A stretch of 56,149 nucleotides of DNA, the filler included, from Basidiobolus ranarum (Eukaryota): NCBI GenBank assembly GCA_040143965.1. It is 4 parts of 4 records of this genome, joined end to end, with 100 filler letters (N's around TTAATTAATTAA, not from the genome) between each part and the next. Parts side by side here need not be neighbours in the genome. Positions count along the whole stretch, not along the records: positions 1 to 13,986 come from JASJQH010000448.1; 3 more parts are not named here. One strand, 5' to 3'. This document shows, piece after piece, positions 1 through 12,924 of the stretch. Positions within the stretch are counted from its first letter, which is position 1; every line of letters begins with the position of its first letter. The translations under genes and the position numbers were made by a program. Below the pieces are notes generated by a model, which made no database searches, was not told the origin of the DNA, and saw only the letters and a program-made list of their open reading frames with translations.

Positions 1-1280
1 TGAGAAAGCAGTCAACTACTATGCTTCCATTGGATATCAGTGCCCAATGTACACCAATCCCGCTGATTATATCTTCATGAACGTTCTCTTTCAGTTCGAC
101 TCGACTACCGCCTCGGACTCACGACAAGACTCCAGAGTAGTGGATGACAAGGCAGAGAAGCAACGACTCACCAATGTAATCAGTGCTTGGGAGCAGTCAG
201 CCGAAGCGCAAAATCTATATAAAACATCCCAAAATCCTATAGGAAATCCGATCACAGCACGCATGCTGAAATATCGCAGTAGCTTTGGACCTCAATTCCA
301 GTTTCTTTTGAAGAGAGCTTGGAACAATGTTCTTCGTAACAAAATGATCTTCAAGGCACGAATGGGGCAAACAGTATTTTTTGCACTTCTGATCGGATTA
401 ATCTACCTTCAGATTCACAGAAAGAGTTCGATTTCAGCTCAAATTCAAGTAAGAAATAGTTGGCTTTGAGTTTGCACTCCATCGCTACTCGTTCAATCAA
501 TTAACTGTTTCTTTTATCTTTGTTTATTACTAGGATTACTCTGGATCTTTATTCTTCATCTGTGTAAATGGTTTGTTTTCCACAGTAATGCCTTTGTTGC
601 CAGTGTTTGCTGAAGAGCGAGCTGTGTTCCAACGTGAACATGGAAGTGGTTACTACACCCTGAAGTCGTACTACTTTTCGAAGAACATCGTAGAACTTCC
701 AATCAATCTTTTCATCCCCGTGATTTTCTCAACCATTACTTACTGGATGATTGGGTACCAAACAGATGCAGGCAAATTCTTCATCTACATGTTAGTCAAT
801 GTGGCCATGTCGTTAGTAGGTTCAGCAATTGGTATGTTCATTGCCAGTTTGTTTAAGGAAATGCAAGTGGCATTAGCTGTTGTTCCGTTGATTTTACTCC
901 CTTTGATGATGTTTGGAGGTTTCTTCTTGAATAACGGTAGTGCACCAGTGTATCTTGGGTGGATTCAGTGGATCAGTCCAATCAAGTATGGATTTGCCGC
1001 GTTAGCTAAGAACCAGTTCACAGGACTTGTGGTTAATGGACAAGCAATAGGAGAGCAGCAGCTCCAGAGTCTTTCACTGGATGGTGGATTTTCAATCTTC
1101 GTCAACATAGTAATGATGTTAGTCATCTACGTTGTAACCTCAGTATGTGCTTTCTTCTCGTTGTACCGCTTAGTGAATTCTGGAGGCGGATCCAAGTTAC
1201 AAACAAGGAAAGAGCTTAAAAGCCAGCTCTTCGGAAGTAAGCACGAGGTAGAAGTCAAGCAGACCGTAATTTCCATTTAA
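1..1280 (+). CDS. ABCG (White-like) half transporter, copy 1; 5' part lies outside the window. Exons <1-448 and 534-1280
   Basis: NPADY motif and ABC2 membrane domain (EERAVFQREH...YYFSK, WIQWISPIKYGF). GT-AG intron 449-533. Close paralog of 3432-5855. Confidence 0.92.
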
Positions 1281-1559
1281 TCATTTTTGGTTACATTCAA
1301 CATTCTTCAGTTTATATGATTCAATCTGTATTATGTATGTATCCACTAATTGCGCGAATAAACTCTACTATATATTGGAAGAAATATTAGTATCCTTTTT
1401 TGTAATTTTGATTAAAGTTTCATTCAACAAATAGCCATATATAGTCATCCTGCTAGCATGATGTTTTCTGAAATAGTCTACTAAATCGAAATTCCTCCAT
1501 AATAACAGTGATTGCCTTGATCGCCGCGTTAGTTTCAAATTACCAATCCTTTCACACGT

Positions 1560-2665
1560 ACTTTGTGTGACTGCCGTCGAGATGTAAAAAATATCAGTAA
1601 TCAGCATTTTGATTGGCTTTTGGTGTTGAATCTAAACGCTCATTATGTCCATAGTTCATTTCCCCGTTTCTCCATGGAATTGATTCCTTTGATCATCGTT
1701 GTAATAAGAGTTCTATGAGGGTTTGGAAACGGACACCTCTCTACTCAAGCTACACAAGTTAAGAGCTCTAAGCCTATTACAACAATTATTTAACTTCAAT
1801 TTTACTAAGCATAGAAAAACTATAACTAGTAACGGAACTTCTCTAAATGCAAAATGCTAATGTGTGGGGTGTATACCTCCACCTTTAAACTCTAGGCCTA
1901 GTGGGTCCGGAAAAATAAGCCTGCTCAATATTCTTGTAAGTGCGAGTGAGATCTAGGATAGAATGACTGATGTCACTATTTCTACAGTTGTGATAGTGGT
2001 GGTAGTGATGAGTGCGCCAATTGAGGAGGAGTGAGATGAGAACATTTTCATTTGGCTCATCAAGGATTTCCCCGCAATGTGCTATTCATCTATTATTTAC
2101 CACAGCCATGGCCACTACTGTAGAAACAGAACATACGTATCGCAGAGATACTAGGTCATGTTCGATTTTAGATAGGCCGGAGTTACTAAATAAGGAAATG
2201 TCAGTGGAGACATCCTTGTAAACGGAAGGAGAGTGACTGGGTCCACTGTTCGATTGATCTCTGGATATGTGCACTAAGATGATCTGATTCTTGGAACAAT
2301 GACTATACGGGAGGCGGTTATGATGTCGACCAGGTTGCGCACACTAATGATGAGGGTAGGCTCACCAATTGACATGTTCGTTGCCTGTTTATTCAAGCAA
2401 TTATCAGTAGCATTGACCGTTGATTATTTTTCTTTTGAAGATGTTCGGAAAATTCTTATGTGCTTTCCTCGCGTTGAATCGATTGTCTAATTCTAGAAGT
2501 GGAAAAAAGTCACAAACCAAGAAAGAGCTTAAAATCCACGAGGTAGAGGTTAAGCACATTATAACAGAGATTCAATTATATCTTTATTGTATTCAATATT
2601 CTTTAACTCTTTCATATGTCTTGATTTATATTCCACTTGTATCTACTTATTACTCGAATAAACTA
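1560..2665 (+). pseudogene. Internally deleted ABCG pseudogene, including a duplicated promoter
   Basis: 1560-1820 matches promoter 3170-3430. Exon 1 is missing; the Walker A exon and intron 2 are retained. In-frame TAA at AAA-TAA-GGA and CAC-TAA. The sequence jumps from the NBD (~2355) into TM-domain sequence and ends in a homologous 3' UTR with AATAAA. Confidence 0.88.
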
Positions 2666-3431
2666 CTGAACTTGACTACTATCCTTGTAATAATAGCAAC
2701 TTTTGTAGTCCCATTGATACAAGTGAGATCATCCGGATATTGACATTGGCATATGGTTAAATCTTAATTCCAACAAGGTAGAAGCCATCACCAAGAATTC
2801 TGCTGACACAGTCATTAAAGCCTAGTGAATCAAATCATCTATATAGTAGCAATACTAGCTTCGGCCTCCATGTTGTTAACTCACTTGGTAACCAATAAAT
2901 GTCAATTTATGATTGCCGATCCTCATCTATCTAGCAATAAAGTGATCGCAGAAATCTAAATGGACAAAGCCCATCCAACAAGCAATTACCAAATTCTTAT
3001 GTTCACATTGGATACAAACAAATGCATAAAGGTAACTTATACTACACACACTACCTACCTTTACTTAAATTGCTTAGCACCAGATGTACTATAGCCAATG
3101 ACTTTCCTAAGATCCTAAATATCCCCCAGTTTATCTAATACATTACTAGTATTCATTACTAGTATCATCCGTTGTGTAACTGCCATCGAGGTATAAAAAA
3201 TATCAGTAGCCAGCGTTTTGATTGGCTCTGAGTATTGAATCTAAATGATCATTATCTCCATAGTTGATTTCCCCGTTTCTCCATGGAATTCATTCCTTTG
3301 ATCATCGATGTAATAAGAGTACTATGAGCTTTTGGAAACGGACACTTCTCGACTCAAGCTATATAAGTTAAGGGCTCTAGGCTTATTACAACAAATATTC
3401 AACTTCACCTTTACCAACCACAGTAAAACTA

Positions 3432-5855
3432 ATGAGTCCTTCAAACCAGGATATTAGCCTATCCATGCCAGGGAAGTATCTATCCAAGCCGGAGCCAGTC
3501 CAAGTGGTCTTCAGGGATTTGACTTACTCAGTACCCGTTAAAGACAAAACCAAGAAATCTGGTCTCTTATCGAAGAAACAAATGACCAACAAAGTGATCT
3601 TGAAAGGACTCACCGGAGTCTTTCAACCGGGACGGGTTACAGCAATTCTCGGGTAAGTGATTGATTGATCTAACAGGCAATGACATCTCTCTACATGCTG
3701 AATACTAATGTATGGGGTGCATACCTCTACTTTTAAACTATAGGCCAAGTGGATCTGGAAAAACAAGTCTACTCAATATTCTTGTAAGTACGAGTGAGAT
3801 CTAGAATAAAATGACTGGTGTCACTATTTCTACAGTTGTGATGGTGGTGGTGGTGGTGGTAGTGATGATTGTGCCGGTTGTGGAGGAGTGAAATGAGATC
3901 AATTCCATTTGGCCCATCAAGAACTCCACACTCTGTGCTAGTCATTTATCATTTACTACAGCTACAACCACCACTGTAGAAACAGAACATACATATCATA
4001 GAGATGCTAAATATTGTTCGATTTTTGAATAGGCTGGAGCTACCAACAAAGGAAATGTCAGCGGAGACATCCTTGTAAATGGAAGGAAAGTGACTGGGTC
4101 AGCCGTTCGATTGATCTCTGGATATGTGCACCAAGATGACTTGATTCTTGGAACAATGACTGTACGAGAGGCTGTCATGATGTCGATCAAGCTACGCACA
4201 CCAATGATGAGTGTGACGGAACAAGAGGCTAAACTCCAAGAGATTCTCTCTCTGCTCCAAATGGAGAAAGCAGCAGATACCATTATCGGGACAGCAACAA
4301 CGAAAGGAGTTTCTGGTGGAGAGAGGAAGAGAGCAGCCATTGCGATGGAGATGGTAACCGACCCTTCAATCCTGTTCCTGGATGAACCAACTTCCGGATT
4401 GGACGCGTACACAGCAATGATGGTGGTGCACATCCTCAAACTACTCGCGGCTAGTGGAAGAACTGTGATTACAGTGATGCATCAGCCATCCTCCGAGATC
4501 TTCCACATGTTTGATGATCTGATGATCATGACTGAAGGAAAGATCACCTATTTTGGAGAGACTGAGAAAGCAGTCAACTACTATGCTTCCATTGGATATC
4601 AGTGCCCAATGTACACCAATCCCGCTGATTATATCTTCATGAACGTTCTCTTTCAGTTTGACTCGACTACAGCCTCAGGTACTCAACAAAACTCCAGAAT
4701 AGAGAGTGACATGGCCGAGAAGAAACGACTCACCAACGTAACCACCGCTTGGGAACAGTCGGCGGAAGCACATGAGTTGCTTAAAACATCCCAAAATCCT
4801 ATAGGAAATCCGATCACAGCACGCATGCTGAAATATCGCAGTAGATTTGGAACCCAATTCCAGTTTCTTTTGAAGAGAGCTTGGAACAATGTTCTTCGTA
4901 ACAAAATGATCTTCAAGGCGCGACTAGGTCAAACAACTTTTTTTGCTATTTTGATCGGATTGATCTACCTTCAGATTCCCAGAAAGAGTTCGGTTTCAGC
5001 CCAAATCCAAGTAAGTATAATTAGAGGATAGTTTTATGGTGAGTTTACACTGCACCACTACGCGTTCAGTCATCTAACTCTGCTATTTCATTATTTGTTC
5101 GCTTTTAGGATTTCTCTGGCTCACTATTCTCCATCGTTGTTAATGGCCTCTTCGCCACAGTAATGCCTTTGTTATCAGTATTTGCAGAAGAACGAGCAGT
5201 TTTCCAACGTGAACATGGAAGTGGTTACTACACCCTGAGGTCATACTACTTTTCGAAGAGCATCGTAGAACTCCCAATCAATCTTCTCATCCCCGTGATA
5301 TTTTCAGCCATTACGTACTGGATGATCGGATACCAGTCTGATGTAGGTAAATTCTTCATCTACATGCTAGTTAATGTAGCCATGTCGTTAGTAGGCTCAG
5401 CAATTGGCATGTTCATTGCCTCTTTATTCGAGCAATTACAAGTGGCATTGGCCGTTGTCCCATTGATTATTCTTCCTTTGATGATGTTTGGAGGCTTCTT
5501 CTTGAACACTGGTAGTGCACCGGTGTACCTAGGCTGGATTCAGTGGATCAGTCCGATCAAGTATGGGTTTGCGGCGCTAGCCAAGAACCAGTTCACGGGG
5601 CTTGTAATTAACGGACAAGCAGTTGGAGAGCAACAACTCCAGAGCCTTTCACTGGATGGTGGATTTTCGATTTTCATAAATATAGTAATGTTGTTAGTCC
5701 TTTATGTTGTAATGACAGTATGTGCTTTCCTTGCGTTGTATCGATTGGTCAACTCTGGAAGTGGAGAAAAGTTACAAACTAGAAAAGAGCTCAAAAACCA
5801 GCTGTTCGGAAAGAGACACGAGGCAGAAGTTAAGCACACTGTAATAGACATTTAA
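3432..5855 (+). CDS. ABCG half transporter, complete. Exons 3432-3652, 3744-3783, 4033-5010, 5109-5855
   Basis: Spliced Walker A GPSGSGKT, signature VSGGERKR, Walker B ILFLDEPTSGLD, H-loop MHQP, ABC2 membrane domain. All introns are GT-AG. Confidence 0.95.
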
Positions 5856-6893
5856 CAAAGTTTTCACTGCGTTTAATGTTCTTTAACTTAGTCATGTATT
5901 CCATGTGATTTACATTAATATCCATTATATTTGTCTACTTTTTACTCAAATAAAGTTTATCCCTCTTAATGCATCAACTAAATTCAATCATTGTAGCTGA
6001 AATCCTTGAACTTGAGTAGCCTCATCAATATGAGTTAGATATTGGAAAGGCATAATTGTATATATTAGGGTAACCATCTACTTGACAAATATTTCTAGGG
6101 AGGGTAATAACATATATACACTAGCGCCCATATCTGATTCACTTTCTTTGCATGCATTCTTCAAATGACAATATATTTGCATTCACTCCGTATTAACTTG
6201 ATATTTGTCCCATAGCTTAAGCAGAGCCCAAATAGCAGTCTTTGTTATGTTGTGCACCAACATATAAAAGTTGCTTAACTTATGACGATATCACATGTAT
6301 TTATATTCATTACATTTATTGAATCATTTTTCAGCTCAACATGTTTTTTGTGCTAAAATTGTATTCTATTAGTTATATCTTCAAATGCTATTTTATACAA
6401 GGTCCAAACTTTGGACATTATGGTTTTGGCCATTGTCATGTTTGCTTCATGACAATTACCTTCTACCTGAATCACATTTGAATTTGCATTTCCTTGTCAT
6501 TTCAATATTGATCCTTCATTTATGAAATATATATAATAAATTCCACCTCAGCTCTACCTCGAACTATCTATAAACATGATATATAAATGAATTATAATAG
6601 AAATTTTACAACCGAAATGAAACTAAACCATTTTTTAAGCTTTCATTAAAAGCCCCCTACATCTTGATATGTTCAAACCTTAAAAGTAGTATTTAAAAAA
6701 AGTCCCACTATCAGGACAATATTACCATGTTCACAATATAATCATAGTAATGTTTACATGTTTCTTTCACATCTCTAATGACACAAGCTGTTGAAGAAAA
6801 ATGGAAAGCACGTGTTCATAGACTGTGTGCGAATAATAATCAATATCCCTTTTTATTTGCAAAAGGTCGATTGTTTTTTAAAAAAGATCGGGC

Positions 6894-7445
6894 CTATTGA
6901 CGGCTAGCGACCAATCTCTTACGAGCTACTTGACGTTTGTTAAGCTTGGGACCCTTACCATCATCTTCACGCTTGACAGTGGAATCTTCCTCAGCGACGA
7001 TGATTTCAATGTGACAAGGGCTGCTCATGTAAGGATTGATTCTACCGTGAGCACGGTAAGTACGTCTGCGTTGCTTAGGTGCTTGGTTAACTTGGACGTG
7101 CTTGACGATCAAGGATTCAATGTCCAAACCCTTGTTTTCAGCATTGCTTTCAGCGTTCTTGAGAAGACCCAACAAGAACTCGGCTGACTTAACAGGCCAG
7201 CGACCCTTGGTGGTACCAAAAGCCTTAGCCTGGGCACAACGACCAATACCACCAGCAAAGCGACGGAAAGGAATACATTGCTTGTGTTCCTTGACATCAC
7301 CCAAATAGGTAATGGCCTTTTGCAATTTCATTCCAGAAATGGCGGCGGCGGCTTCGCGGGTGTTCTTGAAGTGAACACGAAGATAAGAACCGCGAGTTTG
7401 AGCGGACTTGGCGCTGTTGGCAGGAGTGGCAGCGTATCTGACCAT
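6894..7445 (-). CDS. RPL17: 60S ribosomal protein L17 (uL22); probable 5'UTR intron 7448-7667
   Basis: MVRY...[14 protein letters not shown]...[24 protein letters not shown] acceptor 2 nt before the ATG; GTACAGT donor at 7667. Confidence 0.97.
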   Translation of the reverse strand: MVRYAATPANSAKSAQTRGSYLRVHFKNTREAAAAISGMKLQKAITYLGDVKEHKQCIPFRRFAGGIGRCAQAKAFGTTKGRWPVKSAEFLLGLLKNAESNAENKGLDIESLIVKHVQVNQAPKQRRRTYRAHGRINPYMSSPCHIEIIVAEEDSTVKREDDGKGPKLNKRQVARKRLVASRQ

Positions 7446-7800
7446 TTCTATTGATTGACCTAACCCAATTGAAAGCAAATAGTAAGCAACTGAATCGAAT
7501 CAAATCACGCATGTAGTTGGATGGATGCACACGAGAAAAATAGATGAGCAGTACAAATTGAACGAACACTAATCACTGAACTATAACTATTTATCTACTA
7601 CTTGCTAATGTCATTCAAATCACATCCTAACAACACAAATATCTGATGAGTAATTTCAATACTGTACCTTCAAGAGTACGCTCGAGAGGTATGGGCAGCG
7701 GAAAGAGGGCGATTTAGATAAAGCCTTTGTCCATATATCTCTCCAGCCGAGGCAACGAAAAAATTCTATTTTCACTGACCCGGACCCCTAAGGAGATTTG

Positions 7801-7841
7801 GAAAATTTTTCGCGATGGGTAATTTTTTTTAACTCTCATCG
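7801..7841. promoter_or_regulatory. RRPE-like and PAC-like motifs upstream of RPL17
   Basis: GAAAATTTTT followed by GCGATGGG, then AATTTTTTTT followed by CTCATCG (reverse complement CGATGAG). Confidence 0.35.
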
Positions 7842-9179
7842 TATATAAATAAATGTGATATACAATATAAATAAATGATGATTATCTCTAACAGCGCTTA
7901 ACTAGACACTTAGCATTAGTAAATGAAATCACAAGATATGACGGTTAAGTAGCCGAAACTGATTATAACCATGTAGATCTCAAATGTGATTAAGAAGTTT
8001 CAATTAAATTCCCGATACGCACGAAGTTTAATGCTAACCCTAACCCTAAGACTTCTCTCCAACTGTGCTTGCTTCAAGATTCTTCCAATAGAGGACTGCT
8101 GGACAAAAAAACGTGCGTCAAGTCACATGCTCAAACAAGCAGAAATGAACATACCTGGAGCTGGTAAATTACCTGAAAGCTCATTTTAATTGATCTCCAT
8201 TATATGGAGTCCCCGAACCCAACCTCTCCCCCATTTCAGAAAGATGAATCATTGATCCTTCAAATCCTTAATTGGTAATTGTCTCCTATATCCTCTCAAA
8301 TTGAGCCTCTTTCGAATAAAGTGAACCGATTCATTCGTATAGAAGGGCTCGATATCCCGCTTCTGTACTTGAATTTTAATTTACCATTCAATATATATAG
8401 CTTATCATAGATTTTCTGTGCGTATCTCTCTTTAACTTTCCTTTTATAGTCAATGGATGCTTGTGTGTGTTACAATTTTATTTATATTGATCCGGGCTTT
8501 GAAGTGAAACTTGCATATAGAAGACTGCGTGGAGCTCATCTGCTGATAATGACTGTTAGGTGATTCGACGCGTTGAGGCAGTTTATATTGGATACATATC
8601 ACCATCTAAAATAATTTTCTCTTTTATTCATTTCCCTCTTTTCATTCAAATTACCAATCTTATTCTCTCTTTTGCTTCCTTTATTCTTTTAATAAGCTTT
8701 TCGACTTCTTCAGTAGTCTTTCACTTTATATATACACTATATATACTTATTCTCTTTTGGCCTGATTCTCGCTTACGATTGTCGTCATCCATATCAGTTT
8801 CAATTATTATATCTCGTATTATTATTATTATTTACTTGCCTTCCAAAGTAAGTTAAGCTTTATATATTACTTTTATATCTTCTATTCAATACCTTATCTA
8901 CTCTACCTCCCCACTTTTATCTCCCTATTTTTACGCGCTCTCGTATATTATTGTTACTCTTCTATGCTCTTCATAACTTTATTATTAGTTTCAACTATCC
9001 GCTTCACTTCGTTTAACACTCTACTCCATTTAAGTGAGAGAAATGGTTTTCACATAAGCGCTTGTTATTCACCCGTTTCTTTTTACACAATAGGATAGTA
9101 GACAGTATCATTGAGAAGTATTTGACCTTTCACTTCATATCTCGTTTCGCTGTTATAGTCATAACACACCACGCGAACC

Positions 9180-11514
9180 ATGGCCTTTCACCCGAACCAA
9201 CACAGTCAGGGTAATAATATGATATTTCCTGACCGTAGACAAAGCCAAGGGATTACTCAAGGCATGAGTCAAAGTCTAAATCCGGTAAACAATTTTGCCC
9301 CTTTAAATTCCCTTGGTTCATACACCTCTCGGCAATTCGATCCTACAAATTTTGACAGTAGAGGTTATTTGAACCCTTCAGATCCTTGGAAAAATGGCAG
9401 TCCAATCTTCCCACCAGACCAAGGAGACGCCTCCTCTCCTAATTTGCAGAATTCACTTCTCAGTGGAAATCATGCAGGCATATCCTCTATCCAAAGTATC
9501 TCACCCCCTACTTCTGGTTATCCAAACCAAACGCTTCGCATGATGCAAAATAATGACGCACAATTACCCTATTTCAATCAATCTCCTCTCGGTACGTTCA
9601 ATCTTAATATTATTCTACTAAAACAATTCAACTTATTTTACGTTTGGTGTTTAGTACCCACTTCACAACAGCAGTACTCCAACTACCAACATGTACCAGC
9701 TTCCAACGGCCAATCACAGGCTATGTCAGTTGCACACATGGCACCTCAATCACCCACTGCCTCGTTTATCAGAAGATATTCGGGCAGCACCAATATGATG
9801 GGTGGGATTGATCCTTCTAGTTTAACGAATGGAATGGGGTATTCTAATCAAGGATATCCTGGGCAACTTGGTGGTATGGATAGTTTCGGCCGAAATAGCC
9901 TCAGCCAGTATGTCGACAATGAGGGAGTGATGGTTTGTGTTTTTCACATGGAATATTGTTACGTTTTTCTGGAATCTCTAACATCTTTTGCTTGTATAGT
10001 CAAACCCAGCTCTCAAATCCAAACCTGAGAACATGGCAGAGCTTCAATATGGTAATGGTAATAACAATGTAGGCAACCAAAACAGCACTGATTTCAATGT
10101 CATGAACAACAACGGCATGTCTCATGATACCCACCTCCAAAGCGAAAGTAGTATTGAGGACAATTACTCGCAAGGTATTTTGTTTCTTACTAGTTAATGT
10201 TTCAAGCGAACTTTTATTTATTCCCTTCTCCAGTACACAATTCAAGTATGAATTCGGGTCTTAATCAAGGTATGATTCAGCTATAGATTAATTGAGTATG
10301 AGAGTCACCGTGGTTTCTAACTGTTAATTCGATATAGGATTTCCCCAATTCCAGGGTGGAACTATTGCTCCAGCGCAAGTATCCAACTCTCCAAAGAGGA
10401 TCTCCAAGACCAAGTCCATCATACCTAAAGATACGTCAAAAACATCCCCGAAAGCTTTGGCCAATTCTAACATCGAAGGTTACGGGGAAATGAAAAGCAA
10501 TGGCTCCCATATGACCATTAAGCCTAAATCTCCAAAAACCCCCAAATCGAAGCCCAAGCAAAGTCTATCACTCCCCCAAAATACATCTTCTACAGGACAA
10601 AAATTGAAAAGACCTATGAATGCCTTCTTGATATACGCGAGTGAGCGTAGACCGCAGCTTCAGCAATCAGATCCCACAATGACTACTGCGGCCCAAAGTA
10701 AAATCCTCGGAGATGAATGGGCTAAGATGGATGATTCACACAAACAAGCATTCGTTGAGCGTGCCCGAGCTCTGAAGTCGGAATTTTTAGAAACGAACCC
10801 TGATTATGTTTATACACGTCGACCTAACAACACCAAAAAGAAGTATCGCCGCCGGTCTGTTATAGATGGAGACAATGGTAGTCCTAAGCTCAAAAGACCA
10901 ATGAATGCTTATTTGCTCTTCAACAAAGAGATGCGACACAAACTTCTAGAGACCAATCCCAACATGAGTGTTTCTGAGATCAGTAAAGAAATCGGTGACC
11001 GGTGGAAGAACCTAAATGAGGTACGCTATTTTAGTATCTATGTAAGCCATCCATATTTGTGTGAAAGCTAAACATCAATTAAATTATCCAGGAGGAACGT
11101 AACAGATATTTCACTGAAGCACAGTCCATCAAGCGTGACTTTTTAGTCACGAATCCTGATTTCGTGTACACCAGACGCTCAAAGGCGGAGATCGAAGCTG
11201 GGAAGAAGAGAGGACTCGAAGAAGAGGACGACTTCACACCTACCAGGGATCCTAGAGGCCGCAAGAAAAAAAAACAGAAGAACCCAACTGCTCCCAAGCA
11301 CCCCATGTCTGGATTCTTATTTTACCTATCTGCTGTTCGTCCACAGGTTGCTGAGCAATACCCGGGCAGTACCGTGGGGCCAATTAGCAAGATCATTGCC
11401 AGTCAGTGGAATTCAATGGTTCCGGAGGATAGGGCGCCTTGGGAACAAAAAGCAACGGAAGACAAGGCGAGGTATGCTCGGGAGATGGAAGTATATCTAG
11501 CGGATAAGCAGTAA
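9180..11514 (+). CDS. Transcription factor with three HMG boxes. Exons 9180-9591, 9655-9932, 10000-10174, 10234-10269, 10338-11020, 11092-11514
   Basis: Two KLKRPMNA(F/Y) boxes and one PTAPKHPMSGFLFY box. N/Q/S-rich N-terminus. The reading frame is preserved across the GT-AG introns. Confidence 0.9.
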
Positions 11515-12924
11515 TTATAATCATTTATTCTGAACAATTTATAATCCATGTATTCTTTGCTTTTTCTCTTTTATCATAGTTCTTTTTTCAATATACATTC
11601 CCATGCATTTTTTCACTCCTTTCGCTACATCCTGGTAATGTTCACATCAGTATATGCGAGAACTCGTTTGTTTTGCTATCCTCCACTGCACAAACTCTAC
11701 CGCTTCTCAATATTTTTTTTGAAAGGATGCTGTTTAATACAAATCAGTTCCGTAGATCATTTTCATTTTTATTATCGGATCATTTCTTCCTTTGATTTTG
11801 GCATGTAATTTCATTCAGTGATCTTTTAGGCAACAAATCTATTCATTTGTTATTAATCTTTACATACATTCTCCCAGATATCACCAAATAAATAAGTGAA
11901 CACAACAACCCCCTTCACTCACTTTCACTAGCCACATTAAGTTAGAAAGCTTGATGCTGGGTGAGAATTGCACATGTGTGATAGTAGGCAGATTGTAGTG
12001 CGTGTTGCAGCGCGTATGTACGGTAGGAGTTGATCGAATAGTGATAGTGAATGGATCATATTTATAATTAATACTATGCTGAACTTGATGTCACTTGAGT
12101 GGTACATTCAGTAATGCAGTAATGTAACCTTGACCCATACGTGACAGTTGAGCGACAGTTCATACTTATGCTCATACCCCACCTACCTAACCCTAACCCA
12201 AACCTCCGCCCCCCTCCCCCACTTTCGTCCTTCTTCATATGGATCTATTGTATTCCCTTAGTAGTCGGGGTAAGTAGGTAGTAATGGACTTGCGAGAGGT
12301 ATGTTCATATCTTCGCTGAAATAAGGAATAGTTATCTAGATCGAAAATATTGACTGGCGACTAAGTAAATATCTGAATATATTGAAGTTGTGGTTTACTT
12401 AATGCTAACTAATTTTGTTGATCTCGTTGTATGTTCTGTGTTAAGACACATGGGGTTATTTGTAGATTCCAAGTGAGATCGCCTCCTTACCCCCTACCCT
12501 TACCCCTATTGTAGAATTGTGATCGGTTGGGTAATTGGTAAATTTGTGTTGCATGTTACTTACATTTAGATAACCCCTCGATTTCTAATTGCTTTCGCTT
12601 ACCTAACGGATTAATGTGAATTTGTCATGATGGAATTTCTTTTTTTATAATCATTTTTGAACATTCACTCAATTCAATAGATTATGTAATTGAATATTGA
12701 TAAATGATGAAAATCTATTTGTTAACTTGGTTATAGTGTTTAATCGGGCTCATTTTTATTCCATCTACTTATGACTATACTTGGTTTATTGATAAAATAT
12801 TCTTCAAATTTAATGAAGTTCTATTTCATTCATTTGAATCAATGGTTAAGAAATTGCTTATTTGTTGCTCTAAAAAGTGTTGATTACTCAGGAATAACTG
12901 TGCTCTGAAATACGAACAAATGCA

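Noticed and set aside
7448..7667. snoRNA in the RPL17 5'UTR intron
   Set aside because: No C box/D box pair on the sense strand; H/ACA-like matches are too weak.
9180..11514. HMG gene as a Mucorales-type sex locus
   Set aside because: It has three boxes and several introns, and no flanking triose-phosphate transporter or RNA helicase genes.
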